The notes beneath the pieces were generated by a model. That model was not told where the DNA came from. It made no database searches and saw only the letters and a list, made by a program, of their open reading frames with translations. Source: Treponema sp. (GTDB lineage Bacteria; Spirochaetota; Spirochaetia; Treponematales; Treponemataceae). From it: a stretch of 64,000 nucleotides of DNA. Below are positions 1-9,570 of this stretch, one piece after another. The stretch covers positions 5,011 to 69,010 of the forward strand of contig JAZLKI010000035.1 of NCBI GenBank assembly GCA_045597485.1, read 5' to 3'. Position 1 is the stretch's first letter. Each line of letters begins with the position of its first letter. A program made the translations under genes and the position numbers.

Positions 1-1
1 A

Positions 2-973
2 CCTCTTGAAGATTTGATAAATAAAACTTTAGAAAAGAAACATCAGGCTATTTTGTTTTTAAACCGCCGAGGCTTCACTCACTTTTTTAGATGTAATTCT
101 TGCGGCTTTGAACTTGTATGCAAAAACTGTTCCGTACCTTTAACATATCATAAAAAAGACAACCGCCTTAGGTGCCACTATTGCGGCTGGTCTGCAATTC
201 CACCACAAAGCTGTCCTCAATGTGGTTCCTTTGAAATTGGTGCCAGCGGATTTGGAACCGAATTTATTGAAGCAGAAACAAGGGCAAAATTTCCAAATGC
301 ACGCATAATTCGCCTGGATACAGATGCCCTTAAAAATAAAGATGAACTTCTTACATCTCTGGAAGATTTCCGCCAGGGTAAATACGATATTATGCTTGGA
401 ACCCAGATGGTTGCAAAAGGCTTGAACTTCCCTAACCTGGAATTAGTTGGTGTAATTTTAGCCGATGCAGGGCTTCATATGCCAGACTTCCGTGCCGGGG
501 AGCGAACTTTTTCATTAATTACCCAGGTTGCAGGCCGTGCAGGACGTTACTTTCCAGATGGAAAAGTTATTGTTCAAACTTATAGTCCAGGTCGTGAACC
601 GGTTTTGTATGCAGTTAAAAATCAAATTGCAAACTTTTACGATTTTGAGTTGCAGCAAAGAGAAATGCTTGATTTTCCACCTTACAGCAGATTATTGCGT
701 TTAGTATTCCGAAGTTTTAATAAAGGATTGGCAGCAGAAACTGCAAAAGATGCAGCAAAAATTTTGGAAGTTGATGCTCCACGAGGAATGGAAATAATTG
801 GTCCTGCAGAATGTCCGATTGAAAAAATCAATTCTTCCTGGCGTTACCAGATTTTATTAAAAGGAAGTTCAATAATTCCATTGCAAAACGCAGCACGTAA
901 ACTTCTTTTTGAATATACACATAATCAAAATGTTTATATTGAATATGATGTAGACCCTGTAAGTTTATTGTAA
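2..973 (+). CDS. priA: Primosomal protein N' (C-terminal part; gene starts before the window)
   Basis: FLNRRGF, four CxxC Zn-binding pairs, GTQMVAKGLNFP, QVAGRAGR and DVDP C-terminus; frame is open back to the window edge. Confidence 0.97.
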   Translation, partial: PLEDLINKTLEKKHQAILFLNRRGFTHFFRCNSCGFELVCKNCSVPLTYHKKDNRLRCHYCGWSAIPPQSCPQCGSFEIGASGFGTEFIEAETRAKFPNARIIRLDTDALKNKDELLTSLEDFRQGKYDIMLGTQMVAKGLNFPNLELVGVILADAGLHMPDFRAGERTFSLITQVAGRAGRYFPDGKVIVQTYSPGREPVLYAVKNQIANFYDFELQQREMLDFPPYSRLLRLVFRSFNKGLAAETAKDAAKILEVDAPRGMEIIGPAECPIEKINSSWRYQILLKGSSIIPLQNAARKLLFEYTHNQNVYIEYDVDPVSLL

Positions 974-974
974 A

Positions 975-1769
975 TTAAACATGACGTCTTATTCCATCGA
1001 ATTTTATTTCGTATAAAAACAAACCTGTTGGTGGCGCTGTAACACCGGCCTTTTTTCTATCTTTTGCTTCAAGAATTTTTTTAAGTGAATCTTCAGGTTT
1101 ATTTTCTTTATCAAGATTTACAATTGTTCCTGTAAGAGTACGAACCATTTTCCAAAGAAAGGCATTTGCTTCAATCTGAAAAACAAGTAAATCATTTCCC
1201 CAAATATCCTTTTGCATAAAAAAATGTGCATCGTCTAAATAGCGGCAGGTTGAAACACTAAGGTCACCGCTGGCAGCAAAAGAGGCGCAATCAATTTCGC
1301 CACGTAAACATTCACAATATTTATTCAAACGTTCAAGATTTGGAGTGTAATTTTTTACGTGCCATGTAAAACGGGTATTATTTGCAGGAATTGCATCTCC
1401 AAAAGAAATAAAATATCTGTAAACCCGGCTTGTAGCAGACTTACGTGAATTAAACTCTTCTGGAACTTCACAAGCATCAAGAATTCTTACATCTTCTGGT
1501 AAAAAAGCATTTAATGCACGAATATAATTTTTAGCAGGCATAGAATCTACAGGAGAATAAAAATTGGCAGCCTGCCCTAGTCCATGGACACCGCTATCCG
1601 TTCTCCCAGAACCATAAAGTTGAGTTTTCTGTTTATGAATTTTTTCTAAAGCTTTTTCAATTTCACCTTGTACAGTACGTTCAGCTTCACCACCATTTAC
1701 ATCATCCTGGCGCTGCCAACCGCAAAAATCTGTTCCATCATATGAAATTGTCAGTAAAATATTTCGCAT
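975..1769 (-). CDS. truA: tRNA pseudouridine(38-40) synthase
   Basis: YDGTDFCGWQRQ, GRTDSGVH, AFLWKMVR, TAPPTGL motifs. Confidence 0.97.
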   Translation of the reverse strand: MRNILLTISYDGTDFCGWQRQDDVNGGEAERTVQGEIEKALEKIHKQKTQLYGSGRTDSGVHGLGQAANFYSPVDSMPAKNYIRALNAFLPEDVRILDACEVPEEFNSRKSATSRVYRYFISFGDAIPANNTRFTWHVKNYTPNLERLNKYCECLRGEIDCASFAASGDLSVSTCRYLDDAHFFMQKDIWGNDLLVFQIEANAFLWKMVRTLTGTIVNLDKENKPEDSLKKILEAKDRKKAGVTAPPTGLFLYEIKFDGIRRHV

Positions 1770-1781
1770 AAAAATCTCGTA

Positions 1782-2657
1782 TTAAAAATCTTCATCACTT
1801 ACAAGTTTTGAAAGATTATCATACAAGTTACGTGCATGTTCCAATAAAGGACCTGGCTTATTTTTGGAAGATTTACCAAGACCAAAAATACGGGCAATTG
1901 CAGTTTTTGATTCATTAAGTTTCTTTAAGCGAAGCTGAATATCTTCCTGCTGGCCATATTTATATTCAAGTAGTCCGCAAAGGTAAATAACTCCATCCCA
2001 TCCATAATTTTTATCCATATCAGGGCCCATATTTGGTAAAGTTGAACTTTTTTCCTGTTTATTAGATTCATTTATAACAGCCTGCTGATAGAAGAATAAA
2101 GCTTTTCGGTAGAACATCTGAGCTACAACATCATAATTGTGACCATCACAACGCTGATTTATTTCATCACAAAGCCATGCAAGACGAAGTGTAATAATTG
2201 CCTTTTTCATGGTTGGAATTGTATAAGTCCCCATATCGTCGTAAGTCATTAATGCTAGATAGTACATTGCAGTTCCATCAAACAATGAACGTTCATGGCG
2301 TAAATTAAAATATGGAAATATTTCTTCGCAGGCTTTTTTACGTTTATCTGCTGTCATGAAAAGTTTATCTGAATCATCCTGTGTAATTTTTTCTTTAAAA
2401 TCGCTCCAGAATAAAGCTGTATAACAATTAGGACAACAACCAATTTCATAGATAAGAGGATATACTCTACCATATTTTGCAGATGGTTCAAAAATACGAT
2501 GCAATTCTTCTGTAAGACCACCGGCAATCATACGTCCATTTCCACTACGCATAATTTCGTGTTCAAATGGTTTATTACATACAGGACAAGTAATTTTATC
2601 TTTTGACCAGTACGAAATAGCAGTCTTTTTTTCACTATCTTTTTTAGTAGTTGCCAT
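1782..2657 (-). CDS. DUF2225-like Zn-ribbon/helical-repeat protein
   Basis: CPVC...CPNCY Zn ribbon, LRLAWL motif, TPR-like C-terminus. Confidence 0.7.
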   Translation of the reverse strand: MATTKKDSEKKTAISYWSKDKITCPVCNKPFEHEIMRSGNGRMIAGGLTEELHRIFEPSAKYGRVYPLIYEIGCCPNCYTALFWSDFKEKITQDDSDKLFMTADKRKKACEEIFPYFNLRHERSLFDGTAMYYLALMTYDDMGTYTIPTMKKAIITLRLAWLCDEINQRCDGHNYDVVAQMFYRKALFFYQQAVINESNKQEKSSTLPNMGPDMDKNYGWDGVIYLCGLLEYKYGQQEDIQLRLKKLNESKTAIARIFGLGKSSKNKPGPLLEHARNLYDNLSKLVSDEDF

Positions 2658-2666
2658 AATATCCCC

Positions 2667-3041
2667 TTACTTACTTTCTATTATAACAAAAGCTGTAGCG
2701 TATTCTTTTTCATGACTTAGAGAGACATGTAGTATACAGTCTCCGTAAAGTTCTCTTACTTTTTTTTCGGCAGTTTTTTCAACTTTCAAGAATGGTTTTC
2801 CATCTTCATTATTCTGAATAAATACATCTTTTAATTCAAAACCAACAAATCCTGTTCCTAATGCTTTGGCAAAGGCCTCTTTTGCAGCAAAACGAGCTGC
2901 ATAGTGTTCACATAAATGAGCCTTAGAACCAGAATTTTTTATTTCAATCGGATTAAAAAAACGCTGTATCATTTCAGGATTATCAACCCATTTTTCAAAG
3001 CGACTAACCTTACTTATATCAGTACCAATGCCTAAAATCAT
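2667..3041 (-). CDS. acpS: Holo-ACP synthase
   Basis: GIGTDI, ARFAAKEAFAKALGTG, SLSHEKEYA. Confidence 0.97.
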   Translation of the reverse strand: MILGIGTDISKVSRFEKWVDNPEMIQRFFNPIEIKNSGSKAHLCEHYAARFAAKEAFAKALGTGFVGFELKDVFIQNNEDGKPFLKVEKTAEKKVRELYGDCILHVSLSHEKEYATAFVIIESK

Positions 3042-3043
3042 TC

Positions 3044-4018
3044 TTATTCCACTATAACTTTATCTTTTTCTTCAGCAGAAGTTTTATCAACAATTTCCAA
3101 AGTCACAGTTTCAGAAGATTTTTCTATTATCTCCAAATTGTTTGGAAAATATAATCGTAGAGGAAGTTCATAAGTTCCTTCTTCTAAAATATCTCCGGCA
3201 TATACTTGAATTGATCTTTTTGGAACATGGTAATCTTCAAGATAATTCATAGTACCAGCAAGTTTTATAGTTACAACAGGACTTCCATTTTTTAAATCTA
3301 ATGAAGATTTAAGATTCATAACATCAACAGGAACAATAAATTCCTTTTCTATAATTACGGGAGTTACAAATACTGATGCTATATATTCAGATTCATCTTC
3401 TATTTCTATAAGCTTGCTTACAGTTTGAAGTTCTACATTATTTGAAAAAGAAACTTCAGCATTAGAAACATTTAGACGTGATGTATAAACTGTATCAACA
3501 GCACTCAACATTGTTTCAGGACCAGAAATCTTAACAGTTGATGGTGTAATTGCAATATTTTCTACCTGATACCCTTGTGCTACATCACCTACCACAGAAG
3601 CCTGAATTGGAACATATTTAAAAGATTTTTTATCAACTTCAATAATGACTTTATCATCCTTTAATCGAATTTCAAGCGGATCAAGGACTTTAATATTATC
3701 AGAAATATTAATTCGAATCGGCATATCATAAACACCATTTTCAACAATAGTGTCCAGATTTACAGTAGCATTAATATCACTTACAGAAATAAGCTTCATA
3801 TTATCTGTACTAGTTCTTACAACAACACTAACAGAATTAGGAACAGAACCAACATGCATAACTAATCCATTTTCTTGAATAGTAAGAGGAACAGTAAAGG
3901 TCTTTTTATCTATGAGCGAAACCTGATGAAATACATAAATAAAAATTGCAATAATAAGACAGATAACCTTTGCAGGCCACTGATGAAGAATTTTATCAAT
4001 TGATTGCTTTAGATTCAT
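3044..4018 (-). CDS. cdaR: YbbR-repeat regulator of diadenylate cyclase (CdaR)
   Basis: N-terminal TM helix, repeated P.SVSV/PSTVKISGP YbbR segments, overlaps cdaA. Confidence 0.85.
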   Translation of the reverse strand: MNLKQSIDKILHQWPAKVICLIIAIFIYVFHQVSLIDKKTFTVPLTIQENGLVMHVGSVPNSVSVVVRTSTDNMKLISVSDINATVNLDTIVENGVYDMPIRINISDNIKVLDPLEIRLKDDKVIIEVDKKSFKYVPIQASVVGDVAQGYQVENIAITPSTVKISGPETMLSAVDTVYTSRLNVSNAEVSFSNNVELQTVSKLIEIEDESEYIASVFVTPVIIEKEFIVPVDVMNLKSSLDLKNGSPVVTIKLAGTMNYLEDYHVPKRSIQVYAGDILEEGTYELPLRLYFPNNLEIIEKSSETVTLEIVDKTSAEEKDKVIVE

Positions 4019-4811
4019 CTACAGTGTCCTCCATAACCTGCTGGTCTGATGTAATATCAAGAAGATTTTCAAGTACTTTACGAACTTCATCAACTGAAAG
4101 GTCATAATTTAATTTAGCATCATAAGCCAGACTTAAAGCACCAGTTTCTTCTGATACAACTAAAACAACCGCATCAGATACTTCAGAAAGCCCTAATGCA
4201 GCACGGTGACGTGTACCAAAAGTCTTTTTGATTGTGTAGTTATCTGATGTAGGAAGAAAACAGCCAGCTGCAATAAGTTTGCCTCCCTGAATAAAACAGG
4301 CTCCATCGTGCAAAGATGTATCTTTTCCGAAAATTGTCATTAATAAACTTGAAGACAAATCAGCATTAAGACGTGTACCAGTCTGCATGATATTTTCCAT
4401 TTGAGTGTGCCTAAGAAAAACAGCAAGCATACCTCGGCGCTGTTTTGAAAGCATATCTGCAGCAATTAATACAGCATCTACATAAGTATGTTTAGAACGT
4501 TTACCAAAGGCAAACCATCCGTTTTGACCGATTCGAATAAAAAGTTTACGAATTTCTGGCTGGAAAATAAGGGCAAAAGCAATAACCATTGCAGGTGCAA
4601 CAATATTCAAAATCCAAAGCAATGTCTGCAGATTCAAAAGTACCGCAATACCATAAGTAATAGCAAGAATGAACAACGACTTTAGCATCTGAACACCGTT
4701 AGTTTTAGAAATAAAGTCATATGCTTTGTAAAGGATAAAAGTTAATGCAGCAATATCAAGAAATGGCCTGATAAAGTCGTATATATATAAAATTCTCTCA
4801 AAACCAACCAT
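3996..4811 (-). CDS. cdaA: Diadenylate cyclase (c-di-AMP synthase)
   Basis: Three N-terminal TMs, FQPEIR, HDGA and GTRHRAA catalytic motifs, VSEETG. Confidence 0.96.
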   Translation of the reverse strand: MVGFERILYIYDFIRPFLDIAALTFILYKAYDFISKTNGVQMLKSLFILAITYGIAVLLNLQTLLWILNIVAPAMVIAFALIFQPEIRKLFIRIGQNGWFAFGKRSKHTYVDAVLIAADMLSKQRRGMLAVFLRHTQMENIMQTGTRLNADLSSSLLMTIFGKDTSLHDGACFIQGGKLIAAGCFLPTSDNYTIKKTFGTRHRAALGLSEVSDAVVLVVSEETGALSLAYDAKLNYDLSVDEVRKVLENLLDITSDQQVMEDTVDESKAIN

Positions 4812-4851
4812 GATTATATAATACTACAATATTGAAGATATTTCATTAGTT

Positions 4852-6738
4852 TTAGTCTTGATTTAGTTCTACAATTGATTTTTTTATGTGAAGAGGTGAA
4901 AGCCCTGCCATTTCAAGAACTTCGGCTCTGCTTCCGTGAGAATAGTATTTATCTTCAAAACCAAGAACTTTTGTTTTTACAGAAGTTTTAATTGCAAGAA
5001 GACCAGAAAGATATTCGCCGATTCCACCAGTAATAACTCCATCTTCCACAAACAGAACACTGTCATATTTTTTTGCAAGTTCAATAAAATAAGTTTCATC
5101 AAGAGGTTTTATAAAACGTAATAAATACAAATCAACATCATAATTTTCCATAAGGGCATTACGCATTGCAACCTGAACTTCGGCAAACATACCACCAGTA
5201 GCAACAACCAGAGTATGCTTTTTCGAATTTGGAATATCAAGCAGGAATTCGGAACCAGGAATAAAGATTCCACGACCTAATTCTACAGGTGTGGCAAACT
5301 GAGGCAATTCTGTAGGACAAGTTAGTTTTGGATACCTTATAACTACAGAAGTACCTTTTTCTACAGCCCAATTGAAACACAATTCAAGATCTTTAGCACT
5401 GGCAACTGTAAGTAATTCAAGTTCTGGAATAGGACGGAACAAGGCAATATCAAAAACGCCCTGATGAGTTACACCATCTGCAGGAACAGCTCCTGCTCTA
5501 TCAAGCATAAATACAACATGAGATTTTTGAAGTGTAATATCGTGAATAATCTGATCTACCGAACGCTGAATAAAAGTAGAATAAATACAAACAACAGGAA
5601 CCTTTCCACCTTTGGCAAGACCACTGGCAAAAGTTACAGCATGCTCTTCTGTAATACCTACATCAAAAAAACGGTCTGGAAACTGATGTGAAAAAGGTGT
5701 TAAACCTGTTCCTTTGGCCATAGCAGCTGTAATTGCTACAATATCTTTATTCTTTTCTGCAACATTACAGATTAACTGACCAAAAGATTCTGTAAAACTT
5801 GTTTTATCAAATTTTTCGACAGTACCGTCGCTAATCTGGAAAGGTCCAATTCCATGGAATAATTCAGGATTATTTTCTGCAGGACTATAGCCTTTTCCTT
5901 TTTTTGTAACAACATGAACAACAACAGGACGATGAAGTTTACTTACTCTACGAAAAACCTTTTCCATCTCTGCTTCGTTATGCCCATCTAATGGTCCAAC
6001 ATATTCAAAGCCTAAATCTGTAAAAAGATTATTCGTAAGGAACATACCTTTTAACGATCTTTTTAAGCGGAAAATGAATTTTTCAAGAAATCTTCCAAGA
6101 TATGGAATTTTATCTATAGCTTTATCAACACGATAACGGAAAGACTGATAGCTACCAGACATTGTAAGTCTACTTAAATAACGAGAAACCGCTCCGGTAT
6201 TATGATCTATAGACATTTGATTGTCGTTTAATATAACAATTAGATTTTTACAGAGCTGACCTGCATGACATAAACCTTCATATGCCATTCCGCCAGTTAA
6301 TGCACCGTCTCCAATTACAGCTACAACTTTACCTGTATCGCCATTAAGTTCACGGGCAGTAAGCAATCCTAAAGCAGATGAAATAGATGTTGAAGAATGA
6401 CCGTTTATAAAATAATCATGAACACTTTCATTTTTGTTTGTAAAACCAGAAATTCCATCTTTCTGACGAAGAGTTGAAAAACCTTCATAACGTCCAGTAA
6501 GAAGTTTATGAGTATAACACTGATGGCTTACATCCCAAATAAAAGCATCTTTAGGACTGTTAAAAACTCTATGAAGGGCAATTGTTAATTCTACTACGCC
6601 AAGATTACTTGCAAGGTGTCCTCCGTTTTTGCCAACAACTTCGATAATGGTTTTGCGAAGTTCTTCAGCAAGTTGAGTTACCTGTTTTTGAGAAAGTTTC
6701 TTAACATCATCAGGTGAATGAATCTTGGAAAGTAAAAT
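4852..6738 (-). CDS. dxs: 1-deoxy-D-xylulose-5-phosphate synthase (~628 aa; probable ATT start)
   Basis: The frame continues 124 codons upstream of the ORF-track start (6366) and encodes IHSPDDVKKL, GGHLASNLGVVELTIALH and WDVSHQCYTHKLLTGR; also GDGALTGG and VGITEEHA. An in-frame TGA at 6762-6760 bounds it. The start position is inferred. Confidence 0.93.
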   Translation of the reverse strand: MLLSKIHSPDDVKKLSQKQVTQLAEELRKTIIEVVGKNGGHLASNLGVVELTIALHRVFNSPKDAFIWDVSHQCYTHKLLTGRYEGFSTLRQKDGISGFTNKNESVHDYFINGHSSTSISSALGLLTARELNGDTGKVVAVIGDGALTGGMAYEGLCHAGQLCKNLIVILNDNQMSIDHNTGAVSRYLSRLTMSGSYQSFRYRVDKAIDKIPYLGRFLEKFIFRLKRSLKGMFLTNNLFTDLGFEYVGPLDGHNEAEMEKVFRRVSKLHRPVVVHVVTKKGKGYSPAENNPELFHGIGPFQISDGTVEKFDKTSFTESFGQLICNVAEKNKDIVAITAAMAKGTGLTPFSHQFPDRFFDVGITEEHAVTFASGLAKGGKVPVVCIYSTFIQRSVDQIIHDITLQKSHVVFMLDRAGAVPADGVTHQGVFDIALFRPIPELELLTVASAKDLELCFNWAVEKGTSVVIRYPKLTCPTELPQFATPVELGRGIFIPGSEFLLDIPNSKKHTLVVATGGMFAEVQVAMRNALMENYDVDLYLLRFIKPLDETYFIELAKKYDSVLFVEDGVITGGIGEYLSGLLAIKTSVKTKVLGFEDKYYSHGSRAEVLEMAGLSPLHIKKSIVELNQD

Positions 6739-6768
6739 TTTGAATACCCCTACTTTAAGTCAAAAATT

Positions 6769-6808
6769 TAAAAAAAAGACCGCGTAAAACGTTAGTCGTT
6801 ACGCGGTC
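6769..6808 (-). terminator. Intrinsic terminator after the small basic ORF
   Basis: GACCGCGTAA/TTACGCGGTC 10-bp stem followed by a T run on the minus strand. Confidence 0.8.
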
Positions 6809-6835
6809 TATGGACACATAGTTTCGACCTAAAAA

Positions 6836-6925
6836 CTACTTGCTCTTATGTCGATTACGTCTAAGCATCTTCTTTCGCTTATGTGTCGCCATCTTCTGGC
6901 GCTTTCTTTTCTTTCCACAAGGCAT
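6836..6925 (-). CDS. 29-aa basic protein, AURKAIP1/COX24-domain (bS22/mS38-like small ribosomal protein)
   Basis: MPCGKKRKRQKMATHKRKKMLRRNRHKSK*, with AGGAG RBS, its own promoter and terminator; absent from the ORF track because it is too short. Confidence 0.88.
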   Translation of the reverse strand: MPCGKKRKRQKMATHKRKKMLRRNRHKSK

Positions 6926-6957
6926 GAGGTGGCACTCCTACTTTATAAAGTGTTGTT

Positions 6958-6986
6958 ATTATCACAGAAAAAGATAATTTAGTCAA
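6958..6986 (-). promoter_or_regulatory. sigma70-type promoter of the 29-aa ORF
   Basis: TTGACT-N17-GATAAT on the minus strand. Confidence 0.6.
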
Positions 6987-7049
6987 GATATATATAAATT
7001 AAACATAAATTAAAACTAAGTGAAATTCCTACAAACGTATTCCGCTCTC

Positions 7050-7139
7050 GGTAAAAATTATCTCAAAAAAGGCTGTGCTCGCGGGCACCCGTATTTAGGG
7101 CCGTACTGCGCGCAGAATTTTTTTGAGATAATTTTTACC
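7050..7139. repeat. 90-bp REP/MITE-like element with perfect 21-bp terminal inverted repeats
   Basis: GGTAAAAATTATCTCAAAAAA (7050-7070) and its exact reverse complement (7119-7139) enclose a GC-rich self-complementary core. Confidence 0.75.
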
Positions 7140-8088
7140 TACGCTGCATACTTTTTATAATATTACTTACCCTTATAATATCTTCTTCTGTTCCTTTATA
7201 TTCAATTACGGTACTGTCTGGAATATCACGAATATAGGTAAACTGTTTTTTTGCATATTTACGACTGTGATGCTTTATTTCTTCACGAATAGTTTCTTTA
7301 TCTGAATATTCAAACCATTCACTATAACCGATAGCTTTAAGTCCGGGAGAATCCTGATTATAGCCAAGTTTAAGAAGATTTTGAATTTCCTTTTCAAGGC
7401 CTAAGTCAAACATTACATCTACACGTTGATTTATTCTTTCATAAAGAAGATCGCGAGGAGGCTCTAGAACAATGAAAAGAAAATCGTATTCATCACGGAA
7501 TTTAGGTTCTACCTTATAACTTGAACGGGTATTTCCAGTAAGGTAATAAACCTCCAGGGCACGGCAAATACGATAATCATCATTTACATGGATCTTAGCG
7601 GCACTTTCAGGGTCAATTTTTTTTAATTCATCATAAAGAGACTGATTACCCTCTTTTAGAATACGTTCCTTAAGTTGATTGCGTATTTTATCATCGGACA
7701 TAGGAGTTTTAGGAACTCCATACAAAAAGTTACGGATATAATAACCGGTTCCACCACAAACAACGGGAATCTTACCTCTGGAATAAATATCTTTACAACA
7801 GGCATCGGCAGCATCTATAAAATCGGAAACATTACACTGCTGGTCGGGAGTATAAATATCTACAAGATGATGAGGAATTTCGGCGCAAATTTGGGAATCT
7901 GGCTTTGCTGTACCAATGTCCATATATTTATAAACAGCCTGGGAATCTGCACTTACAATTTCTGCATTTAAAATAAAATGACTGCCCTGTGGCGAAAATA
8001 ATTCCCTGGTCAAGGCAGTCTTTCCTGAAGCTGTTGGAGCAAAAATTACTATAACAGGAATTTTTGCTGAACTAGTCTTTCTGTTCAA
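7135..8088 (-). CDS. miaA: tRNA dimethylallyltransferase
   Basis: APTASGKT, SADSQAVYKYMDIGTAKP, GGTGYY, KAIGYSE, YAKKQFT. Confidence 0.97.
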   Translation of the reverse strand: MNRKTSSAKIPVIVIFAPTASGKTALTRELFSPQGSHFILNAEIVSADSQAVYKYMDIGTAKPDSQICAEIPHHLVDIYTPDQQCNVSDFIDAADACCKDIYSRGKIPVVCGGTGYYIRNFLYGVPKTPMSDDKIRNQLKERILKEGNQSLYDELKKIDPESAAKIHVNDDYRICRALEVYYLTGNTRSSYKVEPKFRDEYDFLFIVLEPPRDLLYERINQRVDVMFDLGLEKEIQNLLKLGYNQDSPGLKAIGYSEWFEYSDKETIREEIKHHSRKYAKKQFTYIRDIPDSTVIEYKGTEEDIIRVSNIIKSMQRR

Positions 8089-8269
8089 TACGATAAGTTA
8101 CCTTATTTGTAAAAAGCTGTTTAGCAGCAGCACAAACAACCTTATCATGGTTTGCTTCTATTTCTGGATCATTTACTTTTGCCATCTGATAAGCACGAAG
8201 ACTTGCGGCAACTGTAATTTCATAAATGTTATCGTTAAATTCTACTAACTGTTCCAATGGGAAAACCAT
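8072..8269 (-). CDS. rpoZ: RNA polymerase omega subunit
   Basis: 65 aa with NIYEITVAASLRAYQ omega-like motif; directly upstream of miaA. Confidence 0.8.
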   Translation of the reverse strand: MVFPLEQLVEFNDNIYEITVAASLRAYQMAKVNDPEIEANHDKVVCAAAKQLFTNKVTYRIEQKD

Positions 8270-8296
8270 TCTGCACCCCTTTAATATGAATATTTC

Positions 8297-8325
8297 ATTT
8301 TAACAATATATATAAAACGTGTCAA
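8297..8325 (-). promoter_or_regulatory. sigma70 promoter of rpoZ-miaA
   Basis: TTGACA-N17-TAAAAT on the minus strand. Confidence 0.7.
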
Positions 8326-9534
8326 TTAAAGGGAACTGTAAATAATATTCTTAATTTTGCGGGTTGCACTTACAGTACCAGAATCGCAGCGCTGCATTGT
8401 AATTACAAAAGTAAGATTATTTTTACAGTCAACAGAAAGATAAGGACCTAGCCAGCCATCCCAGCCAAATTCTTCATAATCAGATAAATACTTACATCTG
8501 CCTGGTTCAAATGCAATTCGCAGGAAATTACAGTAAGTATAACCGCTTAGATGAGGCATATTGTTGTTGAAGCATTTCTGAAGATTTTCTGAGAGACGAG
8601 CACCAGTCATAAAATCTACAGTTCGCTTTTGAAGGATTCTAATACCGTTTAATTCACCACCGTTTACCAGCATATTGGCAAATTTCATATAATCTTCAAC
8701 GGTTGAACAAAGGCCGGCTCCACCACTTTCAAAGGCAGGTTCGTGATCCATTTTATCCTGAATACCAAGATTTGGATTTGTAAAAAGTTCAAGGTGATTT
8801 TTGCCATCAACTTCCAAAGAACGGTAAACTTTACTTAAGCGAGGCTGCTTTTCTTCTGGAACGTAGAAAGCTGTATCATTCATTCCAAGGGGAGTAAAAA
8901 TCTTCTTTTTAAGGAACTGGCTGAACTTCATGCCGGAGATTTTTTCTATAAGGGCACCTACAATATCTGCAGAAAAACCGTAGTTATAATCTGTTCCAGG
9001 TTCAAAAATTAAAGGGATTTTTGAAAGACGGTCTGCAACCATTTGGGTAGTGATTTTATTTTCGCCAGTAACGTCTTTATTTAAATCATCTATTAAATCT
9101 GAAGTAAGGTGCATTCCAGGTGGACATTCTGGGCCCCAAGCCCCATAAGGGTAACCGCTGGTCATATTCATAAGGTCCTGAACAAGGATAGGACGAGTTG
9201 CTTTGTGTGGTGTGGCATTACGGCCTTTATCAGAACAAACCTGCACATTCCAGAATTGAGGCATATATTTTCCAAGTTCGTCTGCCAGGTCAAGTTTGCC
9301 CTCTTCTACAAGAATCATAGCAGCAACGGAAGTTACAGTTTTTGACATGGAATACATACGGCAAATAGTATCACGGGAATATTTTTTATTATTTTCAATA
9401 TCCGCCTTGCCGGCTTCCCAATAGCCAATTTCTTTACCATCCTTGCAGATAAGAAGATTCATACCAGCAAGTTCATTATTTTCAACAGCGGCATCCATCA
9501 CAGCCTGAATTTTGTTTAAGTGATTTAAGTTCAT
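8326..9534 (-). CDS. Beta-lactamase-fold serine hydrolase (family VIII esterase-like), cytoplasmic
   Basis: SMSK (SxxK), FEPGTDYNYG, SGGAGL, FGWDG; no signal peptide. Confidence 0.88.
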   Translation of the reverse strand: MNLNHLNKIQAVMDAAVENNELAGMNLLICKDGKEIGYWEAGKADIENNKKYSRDTICRMYSMSKTVTSVAAMILVEEGKLDLADELGKYMPQFWNVQVCSDKGRNATPHKATRPILVQDLMNMTSGYPYGAWGPECPPGMHLTSDLIDDLNKDVTGENKITTQMVADRLSKIPLIFEPGTDYNYGFSADIVGALIEKISGMKFSQFLKKKIFTPLGMNDTAFYVPEEKQPRLSKVYRSLEVDGKNHLELFTNPNLGIQDKMDHEPAFESGGAGLCSTVEDYMKFANMLVNGGELNGIRILQKRTVDFMTGARLSENLQKCFNNNMPHLSGYTYCNFLRIAFEPGRCKYLSDYEEFGWDGWLGPYLSVDCKNNLTFVITMQRCDSGTVSATRKIKNIIYSSL

Positions 9535-9570
9535 ATTTATAGTTTATGACAGTTTTGGGGGATTAACAAG

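Noticed and set aside
4852-6366. dxs as an N-terminally truncated pseudogene (ORF-track call)
   Set aside because: The upstream frame is open and encodes the full conserved N-terminus
8326-9534. Antibiotic-resistance beta-lactamase
   Set aside because: No signal peptide, and the motifs fit cytoplasmic family VIII esterase-like hydrolases; resistance cannot be claimed
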